NCBI GenBank assembly: GCA_016748015.1
Contig: JAAOMT010000009.1
Span: 2,216,200-2,280,199 of the forward strand
Direction of reading: 5' to 3'
Source: Geosiphon pyriformis uo1
Taxonomy: Eukaryota > Fungi > Glomeromycota
DNA length: 64,000 nucleotides
The notes under the pieces were generated by a model that was given only the letters and a program-made list of their open reading frames with translations, did not search any database and was not told the DNA's origin. The position numbers and the translations under genes were made by a program. How positions within the stretch are numbered: position 1 is the stretch's first letter; each line of letters starts with the position of its first letter. Below are positions 10,506-23,555 of the stretch, in pieces.

Positions 10506-13500
10506 ATATTAACAAAAAGTATTTGAAACTTTGAAGAAAAAATTAGGTTACTAAATCTATTTTTATGCAACCTGATTTGAATTAACTTCTTATTCTCTAT
10601 ATTAATGTATTTGGTCATAAACTTGGTGTTGTTTTCTCACAAAAAGATAAAAATAACAAGGAATATGCTATGGCATATATAAGTAGAACACTCTTACCAA
10701 CAGAACAAAACTATTTAATTACTGAGCAGAAATACTTAACAGTAATTTGGACTACTAATTACTAAGATAAATATATTTTTGGTGTAAAATTTTTAATGGT
10801 AACAAATCATTAAGCCTTGGTTTGATTACACAACAAAAAAAAGCTAGAATACAAAAAGATAACTTATTGGATACTTTACTTGGATGAATTCAACTATAAT
10901 ATTTAACATTACAAAGGACCAAATTATTAAAATACTAATATTTTTTCCAAACTTATCACCCAGTGATAATACAAGCTTTATAAATCAAATCAACTTAATT
11001 ATTAGTAATTTTTTTTTAACCAAACATGATAATGAACTTAAACAACTATCCTATACTAATAGAATTTTTGAGTAAAAAACAATATCTATCAAACTACAAT
11101 TAACAACAAAAAGAATATTTGTGCAAACAATTAAATTTTTATTTGATCTGCCAAAACCAGTTATACAAAAGAAATAGAAAAAATCTTGATTATTTTTAGA
11201 AAGTTATTAGATTTAAAAAAAAAATTGTAATATATAACATACATACTAATCTATTAACTAAACACTTTAAAAAATCAAAAACAATTCAGAAAATCTTAGT
11301 TCACTATTATTAGTCTACCTTAGAAAAAAATATTGTTAAATACATCAAAATTTGTGATATTTGCCAAAGAAAAAAAACCCCAATTACAAAGAAAATATTC
11401 ATTCAATCTTTGTTGGTTAACTATTTGACAGAATTGATATAGATGTTATTAGATCTTTAATAGTAACTTTTGATGACAACAGATATATTATCACAGCTAC
11501 TAACTATCTTACAAAGTAAATAGAAGCAAGAGTTACTTTAGATCAAATATCAGTTTCTATTGTCAACTTCATTTATAAAGATATTATTTGTCATTATGAC
11601 TGCTCCAAAGAACTTTTATCTGATAAAAAAAGAGTTTTTCTTAATACACTAGTTGAAGAATTTTGTAAAAAAATGGGAATATATTATAAACTCTTTTCTT
11701 CTTACCATTTTTAAACAAATGGTCTAGTAAAATATTTTAATAGAATACTATGTAAAACATTAGCCAAAACCAATGAAAAAATAAACTTATAAGACAAAGT
11801 ATTGTCTTTAGTCTTGTTTATTTATAAAACTGTAAATTATAACATAACTAGATATAAATTTTTTTATTTATTCTATGAATAAATAGCAACTCTACCAATA
11901 AAAATTAACATTAAAACAATACTCTTTAAAGAAATTACAATAGAAAATTACAAAAACATTTTGCAAAAAAAACTTGGTATTATTTTTGACTTTTTGATAG
12001 AAGCATGAATAATTGTCTTTAAAAAGATAAAACAGTTTCAAAAAAAGCTTAAAAAAAAGAAAACTTAGTTTTAGAATATTGTTCAGACAGAAACAATATC
12101 TATGATAATAAGTTTTCTAGCTAATAAAAAAAACTTTTTATAGTTAATAAAGTTTTAAACAATAATTTTTATACTTTATAAAACTAATATAGAATAATCT
12201 TTAATGATCATTCTGTTTATGATACATAATTTAAAAAATATCACAAATAATCTAATTGGTTATTTGTTATAGTAATACTGACCCAAATAATCAGCAAAAA
12301 TCAAGTATAAATATATACATCATTTTCAAAACAGAGGTATCTTCAATTAATATGAACACTTATTTCTTAGATCAAAACATTTAAAATGTTTTATATACTC
12401 TTTATAAATATTGGATCAAAAACTATTCAAATACTACTTTGATTATTGAAAAACAGACCACTATAACTAATAACAATAGAATACATACTGTTATTAGACC
12501 AAAAAAATTACTAACTGAAAAAAAAAATTAGTAACAAAATAGATAAATATTTGCCAGAAAGTATAACAGCAGTAATACTTTTACTCTCTATTATAATTAA
12601 AAAAATGATTAAAAAAATTTTGTTCATAAATAAAAACTTGTCATATAGAAAGCAATTAAAACTCTGTGGTTATTTTGGTAAAATTATAGAGAATATAAAG
12701 CTCATAAAGAAAACAATTTCAAAGAGCCAAAACTTTTATACAAAAATTTGGTCTCTTAAATACAAAACTTATTTTACTTCAGATATTATATATCTTATTT
12801 ACAAAAAACTTTAACAAACTAGTTAGTTTTGAATTAAATAAAATCTTCAAATAAAATATCTTATAATAATTTGATTTTATCAAAGCTTAATTTCTTTGGA
12901 AAGAATAATATTATAATTGAAATATATATATTTTATTAATTATTACATGTATTAGTTACTCTATTTTTAGATAGTAATTATTGATCTAATTAATAATCTA
13001 ATTATTGACCTAATTATTAATCTAATTATTGATTTGATTATTAATCTAATTTTAATCTGATTGTTGATTACTTTTAATAACTATATAAATAATAAATTTT
13101 TTAGCTATAGAAAAATATGTACAAATTAAAGAAAGCAAAAAAATAAAATAACAACTTTATCTTAATTCTTTTTTTCTTGCTAATTTCTTTTTTCTTACTT
13201 TTAAATATCTGAACATCTTAAGATAAAAGATTACTTGTTGGTATTTATTTACTCTTTTTTTAACTTATATAATTATAGTATTTAAAAAATATTGAATAAA
13301 ACATAACTAAAAAATACATCTGATATCTGATATTAAATTTTAAGAATATTAACATAAAACATAGAATTATATTAGTGTGTTATTATTTGTTAACAGTATA
13401 GACTATTTTTTTATTTTCAAATTCTTTAATTATCTTTTGAAAAAAATAATAACTGAGATATTTTATAAGACTAATCTTGCATATTAAATTTATACTTATT

Positions 13501-13600
13501 TAATTTACTTTTTGAAATTAAATTCCCTTTGATTAATTTTATTATTCTACAATCTTGTTCTTCTTTGTTATTTATTAGCTTATTACTCCAATTTGTAACA
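10506..13600 (+). mobile_element. Decayed gypsy 3' half: RT-connection/RNase H, integrase, extra 3' ORF remnant, PPT and 3' LTR-B (12909-13600)
   Basis: Broken frames read KLGVVFSQKD...AYISRTL, CDICQ, FDRIDIDVI and TNGLVKYFNRILC. The LTR is homologous to 8359-9083. Confidence 0.82.
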
Positions 13601-14280
13601 ATAGCTTATAAATTATTTAAGTATTAAAATCAAAATTATTAGAAGATATTATTTTTTAATTCTTTAATAAATTGATTAATAATTTAAATAATAATATAAT
13701 AATTGGCTTTAATAACTTGAATTTAATGCAAAATTTGATTAAATTTGTTTAAATAAGTAGTTATAACTTTATTATTTTGTTGTTTAATAATATTAAATTG
13801 GCTTTGTAGTTAAATAAGCATATTTAAATTACAAAATACTATAAAAAAGCAGTTTTAAAGATAGCAAAATTGATAAGTTTATAGTTAAACTTTAATATTA
13901 AGAATTAACAATTATTATTAGAAAAAAAACAAGATTTAAATAACAAAAACAGCATTCTAATTATTTGTGATAATTGTTTTTTTGGTTTTAACAATCTATT
14001 TATAAGCATTGTTTTTTTTTAAAACTTTTTAAGTTTGACAATATAAAAGTATGCCATTATATATAAAACCAATAAAATAGTATTACAAAATTAGATTAAG
14101 AAAGTTAATTACAATAGATTCTTAAATTGTTTAATTAGTTTTTGGAGTAACCAGATTTGAAATTGGATTGGCTCTTAATCTGTCTTGGTTTTTTGTATTT
14201 TTTTTGTTGTTCTTGTTTCCAATTAGTTATGTTGAAATTTGGTGGTAGTAAGGGTGATTTTGATTAATAATCATAAACTG
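13601..14280 (-). mobile_element. Highly eroded gag remnant
   Basis: Minus-strand KLKSFKKNNAYK*IVKTKKTIITNN*NA resembles the gag capsid start of the other copies. Confidence 0.5.
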
Positions 14281-14358
14281 AATTTGTCAAAATGAAATCT
14301 TTATTTTTTCATATAATACAAATTAAACCAAGGTTCGATTATGGTCATAAATGCTTAG

Positions 14359-14952
14359 ATATCAAGAGATGATTACACACATTGCGTTGAATTCTCATCC
14401 GGATCCGAAAAAGGTTATCTTCATTTTTTTAAATTCGAGTCGAATTCTGATCTGTTTCAAATCTCTTAACTTTAACATATATATATTATTTTGAAGGTCC
14501 TAGTAATTGAAGGTGGTGATGGTTGAGTGCTACGTGAAGTAGTCAAACACGAATCGATCCAAGAGGTCACTTTGTGTGAAATTGGTGAGGTTAGTTTTAC
14601 AATTAGACGTTTCATTAAAGATTTCTAAATCCAATTTCCCAAATAAATTTTTTATCATCTATAAAGGCAGTAATTCGGATTTCAAAACAATATTACCAGG
14701 AATGGCAGTTGGATTCGATCATTCAAAAGTCATTGTTCACATTGGAGACGGGTTTCCTTTTCTGGAGGATAAGATCAATTCGTTTGATGTATTTATTACT
14801 GACGCCTCAGATCTTGTTGGTGAGTTATTAAGCCCAAAATTTTTTAACATACAGACTTATAATTTGAAATAGGACCAGCTGAATCGCTTTTTCAAGCTAA
14901 ATAAAGATATACTCCTGAACAAGAAGCGAAATTGTTTCGTTATTATAATGCG
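14359..14952 (+). pseudogene. SPE3: Spermidine synthase pseudogene (intron-containing, truncated)
   Basis: Exons read YQEMITHIALNSHPDPKK / [17 protein letters not shown]...CEIGE / ...PGMAVGF...GDGFPFL...[10 protein letters not shown] / GPAESLFQ. Lesions: TGA at 14524-14526 in the SAM-binding motif, a 1-nt frameshift near 14693, no N-terminus, and an internal deletion before LFRYYN. Confidence 0.88.
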
Positions 14953-15190
14953 TATGATGCGGGATTTGCGTACGGTGATTTAAGGAATCTAAGCATCCTC
15001 CGTTGAACAAAAAGAAGGATGCTGATGTTGGGGTTCAAGTAGATATTAGAATTGTAGACTATGATTGGGCTGGGAGGATTAAACACGGAGCTATCGTCTA
15101 TCCTTCATTCCTTAATCTTGGGATTTCGAGATGCTCGCTTCGGATGCCAGATCCAGGAGGAGCATGACGACTGTGTGGCTAATCTCTTGA
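14950..15190 (+). pseudogene. Protein-kinase-like fragment (HGDLR / DYDWAG type)
   Basis: YDAGFAYGDLRNLSIL, then after a stop and frameshift IRIVDYDWAG...YPSFLN. Confidence 0.65.
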
Positions 15191-15661
15191 CACAATACAA
15201 TAAATTTCTTGGATAATTAATTTTATTCTTACTGTTGTTTAGCAAATAAAATATTACTTAATTTTTGATGCTTCACATAAATATTTCTACAGTAATGTCT
15301 TATTTTACAAACATTTCGGGTGTTAACAAAAGTTAGAGCGCAAAACCTTTTGATGGAATTCACAATTCACCTGACATGTTAACGTTAATATAACAAAACA
15401 CTGTGGGTGATATGGGGCATGCTGCAACAAAACGAAAGTGAACATAACGCCACAGAAAGACTTTAAGGATCAAAATCACAGATTAGTTTTCTGGAATTCT
15501 GTTTCTTGATAGCCACACAATAGGATTAAGGGCACATATGCTTAATGCTATTATTTTCGAGGATTTAATACTAACCACTTTTGGCTAACTATTTATTTGC
15601 ATTGTTAATATTCTACGTAAAAATTTCCAAGGCAGCTTGTGAAAAAAATACATCTCGAAGG

Positions 15662-18600
15662 ATGGCAAAACATGGTGCCGGAAATCAGGATGATTGGGGT
15701 GGCCTTTATCCAAGAGAAGCCCGCAACATTAATAATAATAGTTTTCGAGAAATGGAAGGTAACTAAGTTATCAGTGGTGAGCTTCCCTTGGAAAATAACT
15801 GTATTTTCCGTCTTTTATGGGGCTCTCTTTTCATTAATTTTTATTCTCTAACGTACAGTGGCTGTGCAACAGATTAATAGACAATGGGAGTTTATGATGT
15901 CTGAAGAGGTAATTCACACTTGGGCTGTTTTAAATCTCTTAATCCCTTGGTGTATGTGTTGCTAGCTAAATTTTCTCATAAAAAGTTCAATCCAGTCCAG
16001 CTTGCACTTCAACTTTTAGACGATAGCTCACTTGGCCGAGGCCATCATTTAGCAGATTTTCAGAATACTATGGCCAGTTTAGATCGAGCACTTCAATATA
16101 TTGTTAATGGTAAGTAACCATCAGGGTTTGCTTATATTAATAGCAGCTCACAATAAATTAACAAAATGAAATATTTCCAAAGAATATTACCAAGGGTTTA
16201 ATAGCTCAATTGGAACTTTTGGTGGTGTAATGCAAAATATTGGAGGTAAGTTACATTTATAAAAAGTTGAAAATCTCCATTGGCGTTAATTAAATTTCAA
16301 TTAATAGCTTCCCAGGATTGTGTGCGTGAAATTAAAGGCCAACTAAGAGAATGCAAGCAAGCATTGCAATCTAAGCGGGGTGATCTATTACAATTATGGT
16401 GCCGTAGTCAACAATACAAAGAAATGCTGCGAATTTTGGACTCAATGTAAGCTCTCTGTTTCATACTAATATCTACGGCCTAACACTTTGAGTACTTTTA
16501 ATTGCTTCAATTCTTTAGAGAAGATATACAGGGCACTCACCAAAAATTAGAGGGTTTGTTACGAGAAAAGCATTTCCTTACTGCTTCGAAAATATTATTA
16601 GATGCGATCCGTATTATGGCTCGCAAGGAAATGATGGGAATTGGAGCATTGCACGATTTGAGACGATACTTGAAGGCTCAGCAAACTGTAGGATTTATTT
16701 GATTTTCTTTTTATTTGTTAATAAATTCCAATTTCTGCTATTTTTAACAATTATATAATAAATTTCAGTCTCTTCACGAAATGCTTATAGAGGAGCTTCA
16801 CAATCATTTATATCTCAAGAGTCCTTATTGTGATAGTCGATGGTTTCGGTATTCCAAGGATCAAGATTCCTGTAAGTGATATTTGTTTTTGGTTATTTTT
16901 CATTATTACAGAGGCTTTCCTATTTGAGCATTACCATCAAATTGGGAGTCTTGTGCTGGGAAGGAAAAAGGGGTATTCTTAACAAGTATTGAAAGTCAGG
17001 AATCTCAGAGTGCAAGTCCTTGGATTTCAATCGGCAAAGAGCAGGCTTGCTTTCCCATCAATAGCTTGTGGCTCGAAGGTTTATTCTCCCAAGGCATTTC
17101 CATTGTTCTGGTTTGAGAGCTATGTCACCTTTATCACATCAAGGAACTAGATAGCAAGCTTTTTTCCGTATAAACCTATTAATAGATCTTAACGCTGGAT
17201 TCTGCCGTTTCACCCATTTCTTGAAATCAAATTCATATTGTTTCACATTATGATGGGGCTTATTATAAAGTCGTAAATAGAAATTGATGCTCTGGTATTC
17301 ACAGCGAGGAGTTGTTAAGCTATGAAGAAGATCTTGTTTAGACATTGATGCTGCGCACCAATATTCGTTCATCTACGTTTGGATTAAAAATATCAAATCC
17401 ATTGCGACTCAAAGTAATGGGCACTATCATTCATAAATGTCTAAAATTTCTTGTCTTTATCATACCTGGATTTCAAAATTATATGATATCCTTAAATGCC
17501 ATGAAGCTTAGTTAAATCTTTAGCTTGTTAATATCACTTTTATTGTGCGGGGACTTTTTCGGCTGAATCTCTAATGCCGCTATTGTGTATAGTGCCAACT
17601 CCTGATTGGGGTTCCGTCAAGGAAGCACGAAAGACATCATATGGCCTTAGTTCAAAGAACAAGAAAAATTTATCTGGTAAGCCATTTTTATTCCAAAAAA
17701 AGAAATGTTTTAAAGCAAAACTGATTAAATAGCATCAGTTATCGTTCTATTAAAATTATTAAAATTGAATTTACATAATAGTAATTACTGTGACGACTAG
17801 TACCCCACCCCGAAGTCCAAAATCCCCTATGCCAATGTCTTCTCCAAAACCAATTTCACTGTCACCAAACTTACCTAATAATGTTTTTGAGGAGGATGAG
17901 ATGGTAAGAGTTTTGGAGCTCTGAATAAAACTGACAAAAATTGAAGCAATTTTGACAATATATATGATAGGGATCTTAAAATAAAAGTTTATTACACCAT
18001 GTCCCTTCCATCAACTGGCTTTAGATCACTGAAGATTTGGACATCAACCCAGAATCGGATTCTTTTTATTACATTGAAATCATAATTGAATCTTTAGCTT
18101 TGCTGGGCTTGTTACCAGAAGCTATGGAGGTTGGTATTGATGCTTAGATTTCCATCAAATTTCAAATGGATATTGTTTCAATAAAATTCTAATTTAATAA
18201 TTACTAAGTTGCAATTAATGATATAGACAATCACTCAAAGACTCCCTCTCGAGCTCTATCAATTGGTTGATAAAACTGTTGCTGAAGTAGAATCCAGGTA
18301 GAATCATCTTTCTGACGTCTCTTTTCATCAAAATTTGAGACAGCTCTCAAATTTGTTTAATATATATCTTTCAGGAGAACAGTGCATTCTTTTACCAATA
18401 TAAACAACAAAAAAAATGATCATTTAATGAATATATATCTACTTGAGTCGCCTGAAAATGAGGCTCAAATGGAAATCCTGAGAGATTTATTATGGACGCT
18501 TTATTCAAAACTTGATGCTGTTTTACAGGGACACAGGTTTATTTTGGATGTAGTAGAGCGGATAAGTAAGGTTGGCCTTTAATTTTGTAGATGGATTGAA

Positions 18601-21600
18601 TTGGTTTGCTGAAAATGCCATATTCTCTAACATATTTCTTGATATTTTTCTCATCAAAAACCCCTAGAGACCGCTTTTCGCACAAATAACTGATGGTAGC
18701 TTTTAGAGATTGATATACGATTTATTTTTGTATCTATTAGGACAACAAATACTAAATGATTTACATTTAGAGGCTAAGAAAATCAGGGCATATCAATTTA
18801 TTGACATTTGGAAACCGGTTCAGAGTGAAGTATGTTTGTTCTAACCCATAGTTTCAGTTTAAATTTTCTATCTAAATTCCACCCTTTCATAGCTTCGCGC
18901 TTTATTACGCGACTACATCACTGACGATGAAAGAGAGTCCGCAGCTTTTACCACTCCGGTCGCCACTATTAATGACATGATGCGAGACAGAAAATCAAGA
19001 GACAAAGCCAAGGTATCGATCAACCTTTTTTGATTTCACAGCAAGAAAATCCTGCTTTAAAATTTCTCATGATTCTTTTGTTAGCAAATATTTAAATTCT
19101 CGGATGCAGATATTACTTCAAATATTGAACTAGATAATCAATACGAAGCAGATATAAATAGTATGCTCCAAAAATCTCTTCCTAATTTCTTCGCCAAAAT
19201 ACCTAATGAAAAACCGTCAACATCTGTATTTGTGGTTGATAAATTCGCCAACACCAATATTACTCTTGGTCACCGACTTGTGGTGAGACCGGATGCATTC
19301 AATGTATCAGTGTTGTTTAAACCAACATTAATATTTTTGGATAAGGTTAAATCAATAATACCATCCAAGTATGTAGAAAAGAAATATCCCTTGTTGATCT
19401 TCATGATGCCTTTGCCCTTATCCTGCTATCGATTCCTTTAATTTATTTCTAATTAATATTATTTTTGGATTTTTTTCGAAAATCCTTCACAGTACAACAA
19501 CTGTCGACTTTTCTGGATTTCTTGACGATTTTGTCTTCAATGTCTTTTTGCCTCAAATCGAGGATAAAGTTATGGAGCTATTGCATCAAGCCACCACTGG
19601 TTAGAGCAGCAATTTCTGTTTAAGAATAGAATCTTCGCAAATGCATTAAATTTCTCCGCCAATTTTCTTCTTTGTATAACACAGATTCTGACGCATTTCA
19701 AGAGGACCCAAACCATAAAAGATTCACAACTTTGCCATTAATAAAGGTTTTGGAATTTTTCGATAATTCAACTTATTTGTCCATCTTTTTTAATTATCAT
19801 TTGACATTACTTAGAGCGCGACAACTTTAATGAAATTAGTTGAAAGTTTATGTGCGATGTTGCGGACGATGACCTTTCACAAGGAGGAATATAGTCGAAT
19901 GATTATTTCTGTATTAACACAGTATTATGTGAAGTGTTTTGAACAATATCAAGGTAAACCAGCAGCATCAGGAAATTTTGTGTTATATTGTTAGGATTTA
20001 ATGTCGTTAATATAGCCTAAATTTTGGTATTAGCTGTGGTCTCTAAAGGATCGTCAAACGAGGAGGAGAATGAAAGAACCGGAAACGCACAGAAAACTAG
20101 CGCCATGTGGGTACAACAAGATCAAATCTCAGAAATATTCACCCAGTATCCCTATTTGGGTGACGATGGGTTAAAGAGTCGCAGAAAGAGAATATCTTTA
20201 TCTGAAAAGGTATGTTTCAGTTTATTTTGGGTTATTTTCATGTTGCTATTTTTCGTTCTTCCTAAAAACTAGTATATACATTATACCGCCAGGAAACAAA
20301 AGCCGAGATGAAAATTAAGAAAAATCGAGTCATCCGGGCAGGGGAATTAATTTTTGACGGAAGAAAGTTAAAATCACTCGGATACCTCTATCATAGTCTG
20401 GTTCGCTAAAAATTTGCTTTTTTTCAACCTGTAAATTCTAAGCTTTTTTCAAATCATATTTAAATTTTTTCATCAAAATAGAAATGGTTTGTGGGAAAAA
20501 TCTGGCAGTTACGTGGACGTGATTCTAAAACATCGGGTTTAATAGGCGGGAAAATGGACGATGGACTTTTGGTGAGTCAAAATTGTTATTAAACACTATT
20601 CACTCAAATAAAAACTCGAACCTTTTCATAAATCCATTCAAGGCCAAAGTCAATCGTCGTTGGTCATCATACGGTGACATTCCTCGAACAGATCTGCATA
20701 CACAAATTGCTCAGGATGAAGAGGCGAGATTACCTCTAACGGGTGAAATGGCCAAGTAAGGAGAACGCTTTCTGGTATAGCTTCTCGTATTTAGATTCAT
20801 TAAATTTTTGACGTGTTTTTATTGTTACAGCCGCTTCGACGCTTTATTAGCAACTTTTCAACAGCTAGCCGAACAATGTTTGTTTACTTTAAGGGTGGAA
20901 GTTCGTTGTCACACCTTGTATTATATTGATATGGCTATGCGAGAGGTTTTACTTTTGAATTCTCTTTCTACATGTATTGACTTTGTAAAAATGATAACTA
21001 GCCTTTGTCAAATTTGTGTAGGGAAATTATCAACTTCAAGATGAAGCAATGGAACCTGATCCATATGTTATTTTACTTAATTCCGACTTGGTCTACTTTG
21101 ATGAATGTATCACATCAAGTTTGCCAATGAGAGAGCACAAGTAATGAGCCTATTTTGAAATAGGTTACTTCAAGTTATTTCGCTAATTGCCGCTAACCAC
21201 CATTACCAATCATTTCAAATAGATTCGTGTTTGAAGGTTTAGACGCATTGATGGAGCATAGTCTAATCTCTAATGCAGCCTATATCAAAAATCTTAATTT
21301 TAACGGCGTCACCAAAATTAAACGTAATATTCTCGCCCTTCAGCAAAATTTGCGAAATATCGTGGATAGCCCAAGTGAAGTTTCTCTGGGCCGAGCTCAA
21401 AGATACTATGAACTACATAGAGATGGCCCAGCGGTAAGTGATTTTGTTTGAATTTCCTAAAACAACACTCTGATTGATTTAAAAAATTTATCTTTCAGAG
21501 TATGCTCGCGCAAATTCGAGAAAAAGGTGCAATTTTCTCGTTCGAAGAATACAAGACTATGCTAGAAATTATTTATGGAATAGAGAGTGAACAACAACGA

Positions 21601-21699
21601 AACTCGATGATGCCACGTCATGAAAGTCCTTCACATTCAAGAAGGATGTTTAACGAACATTTGATAGAGCTTAATGAGCTTACACTAGAATCTCTCTGA
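15662..21699 (+). CDS. SEC8: Exocyst complex component Sec8 (multi-exon)
   Basis: N-terminal QWEFMMSEE/FNPVQLALQLLDDSSLG, YYQGFNSSIGTF and LIEELHNHLYLKSPYC; middle PDAFNVSVLFKP; C-terminal KIKRNILALQQNL. GT-AG introns join in frame where checked. Confidence 0.93.
16911..17347 (+). ncRNA. Candidate structured intronic RNA in the 721-nt SEC8 intron (16872-17592)
   Basis: Several nested stems with G-U pairs, and ACA three nt after the last stem. Family not recognised. Confidence 0.4.
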
Positions 21700-22261
21700 T
21701 TGGGCTTACCGATCATCAAATAAGCCTCCCAATTAAGTCATCTATAGATAATGTAATCGCTTTTATTAACTTTTTTTGTAGCATCTAGATTTGTTATTAT
21801 CCACTTTTCAGGAATTTTTTACGCAGTATTGAACCCATAACAGTAGTAGTAACTGGATATTATATTTATCACACGAAATTCTAACTGATTGATTCATAAT
21901 CTATATAAATTACGAATAGTGGAAGTTTGGACTTGAATTTTTCCCAATTTTAAAAATTTATGAATAGTAAAACTATGTTTTAATAAAAATTTTGTTAAAT
22001 TTTTATTATTAATCGGTTTATAATATTAATAAATTTTTTTACTATTCTTGTCTTTTATTTATGCAAACACAGTTTTATCATTTATTTTTATGTTTTTAAA
22101 TTAATAAATAATTTTCAGTTGTATACTAATTTTCTATAAGTTGAAAGTTACAATGAACAAGTTCTTTGTTACCTTTATATGTTTTTCTATGTAATTAACC
22201 AGGTTTGCTATTAATCTACCGCAGATCTCATTAATGGAAAGTTTAAAAATTGATCTTGGAA

Positions 22262-23406
22262 ATGGTTTCACCTAAACTAAAAATGCCTGCAATTTGTAAC
22301 TTACTGGGAATTTTGTTTTATTTCTGTATATCCTTTCAGATCATTTTATCTGAAGACTTGCCAGACGTCTCAGACCAATTTGAAGAGGTTAGTGACTCAT
22401 TTGCAGCAATACTTTTTACCTTTCCCTTTTTCCAAAGATTTTTTCTTTGAACAAATAGCTATATACACATAAGTATTCAATATACCACCGATTATCCCAC
22501 CATTCGAATTATTCAAAGCGTGGGAATCTATTGGTGGTACCGTCTCGCTCAGTCGCCAAATACCTTCCGGACGAGGGTGAAATCTCGGCCTTTGTTGATG
22601 CAGAAAAAAATTCCTTAAATAAGGGTCAAGATTTAAATGAAACCATTTATCATGTACAAATAATCGATGATGAGAATCAGAAGCAAACCTTTGTTTCGTT
22701 CACAAAATGGGCGAGTAAAACGTTCAATGGGACTTGTGTTTTCATAACTTAGACTTTTGATTACTAGCAACAACTGATTATTTCATGACCAAACTTTTTA
22801 GTGCCTTTTACAATCATCCAATTTCGAGGACGAAATTATAGTGCACCTTAATCATGAAAATAAATTATTTCATTTTGATTATTATACCGCACAGAGTCGG
22901 TGTAATCAGAATAGTCCGGTATGAAATATATTGTGGAAGTTTTCAGTATTTTCGTATTAATCCATACACACAAAAATTTATCATAGGAATGATTAAAAAC
23001 TTTATAGGAAACTGCCAGCTTCAAGACTTCCGTTCAAACCATTAAAGCAGTAAAGGGTGTTGTGTACGTAAAAGCATCCATGATTTTGAATTTCGAATTT
23101 CGAATAATGCTATTTACAACTATTAACCATACATAGACCTAAACTGGCCAAAGCTGCGCCTATTAGGCCAGACGGAACTGTGGAACCTCCTCACGAAGAA
23201 AAAACATTTTTGCAAAAATATTGGTAAGTTGACCAATTTTGGCAGGTTTTTTTTTTGAATCTAGTTAACCGTGTTCATTTTACCGTAGGATATATATTGT
23301 GCCTTTGCTATTAATATTAATGTTTGGGGGAGGCCCGGCAGAAGAAGGTCAAGGTCAAGGTGGTGGTCAAGGTGGACAAGGAACTAGACCAGCACCTCGT
23401 CAATGA
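22262..23406 (+). CDS. EMC10: ER membrane protein complex subunit 10
   Basis: Signal-peptide-like N-terminus, CLLQSSNFEDEIIVHL, and C-terminal EEKTFLQKYW/IYIVPLLLILMFGGG TM with a Gly/Gln tail. One GC-AG intron at 22711. Confidence 0.85.
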
Positions 23407-23555
23407 AACTCTGATTTTGTTCACCTTTTGTACACTAAGAATGTCATGGACTATAAATAATAGATTCATCATCTTCAGAACTTGATATATTAAGAAATGT
23501 TAGATTTGATTGGACGTTGATACTTTAAAAATATTCAAGAGATTATACTCTTGTA

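Noticed and set aside
17011-17265. AAGTCCTTGG ... ATGGGGCTTA resembling RNase MRP P4; telomerase RNA also considered
   Set aside because: The GAAAG context and GARAR loop are not convincing, the 5' strand is used in a local stem, and there is no TTAGGG-type template. A covariance-model search is needed.
17139-17372. 77-aa antisense ORF in the long SEC8 intron
   Set aside because: No recognisable motif; the length is within chance expectation.
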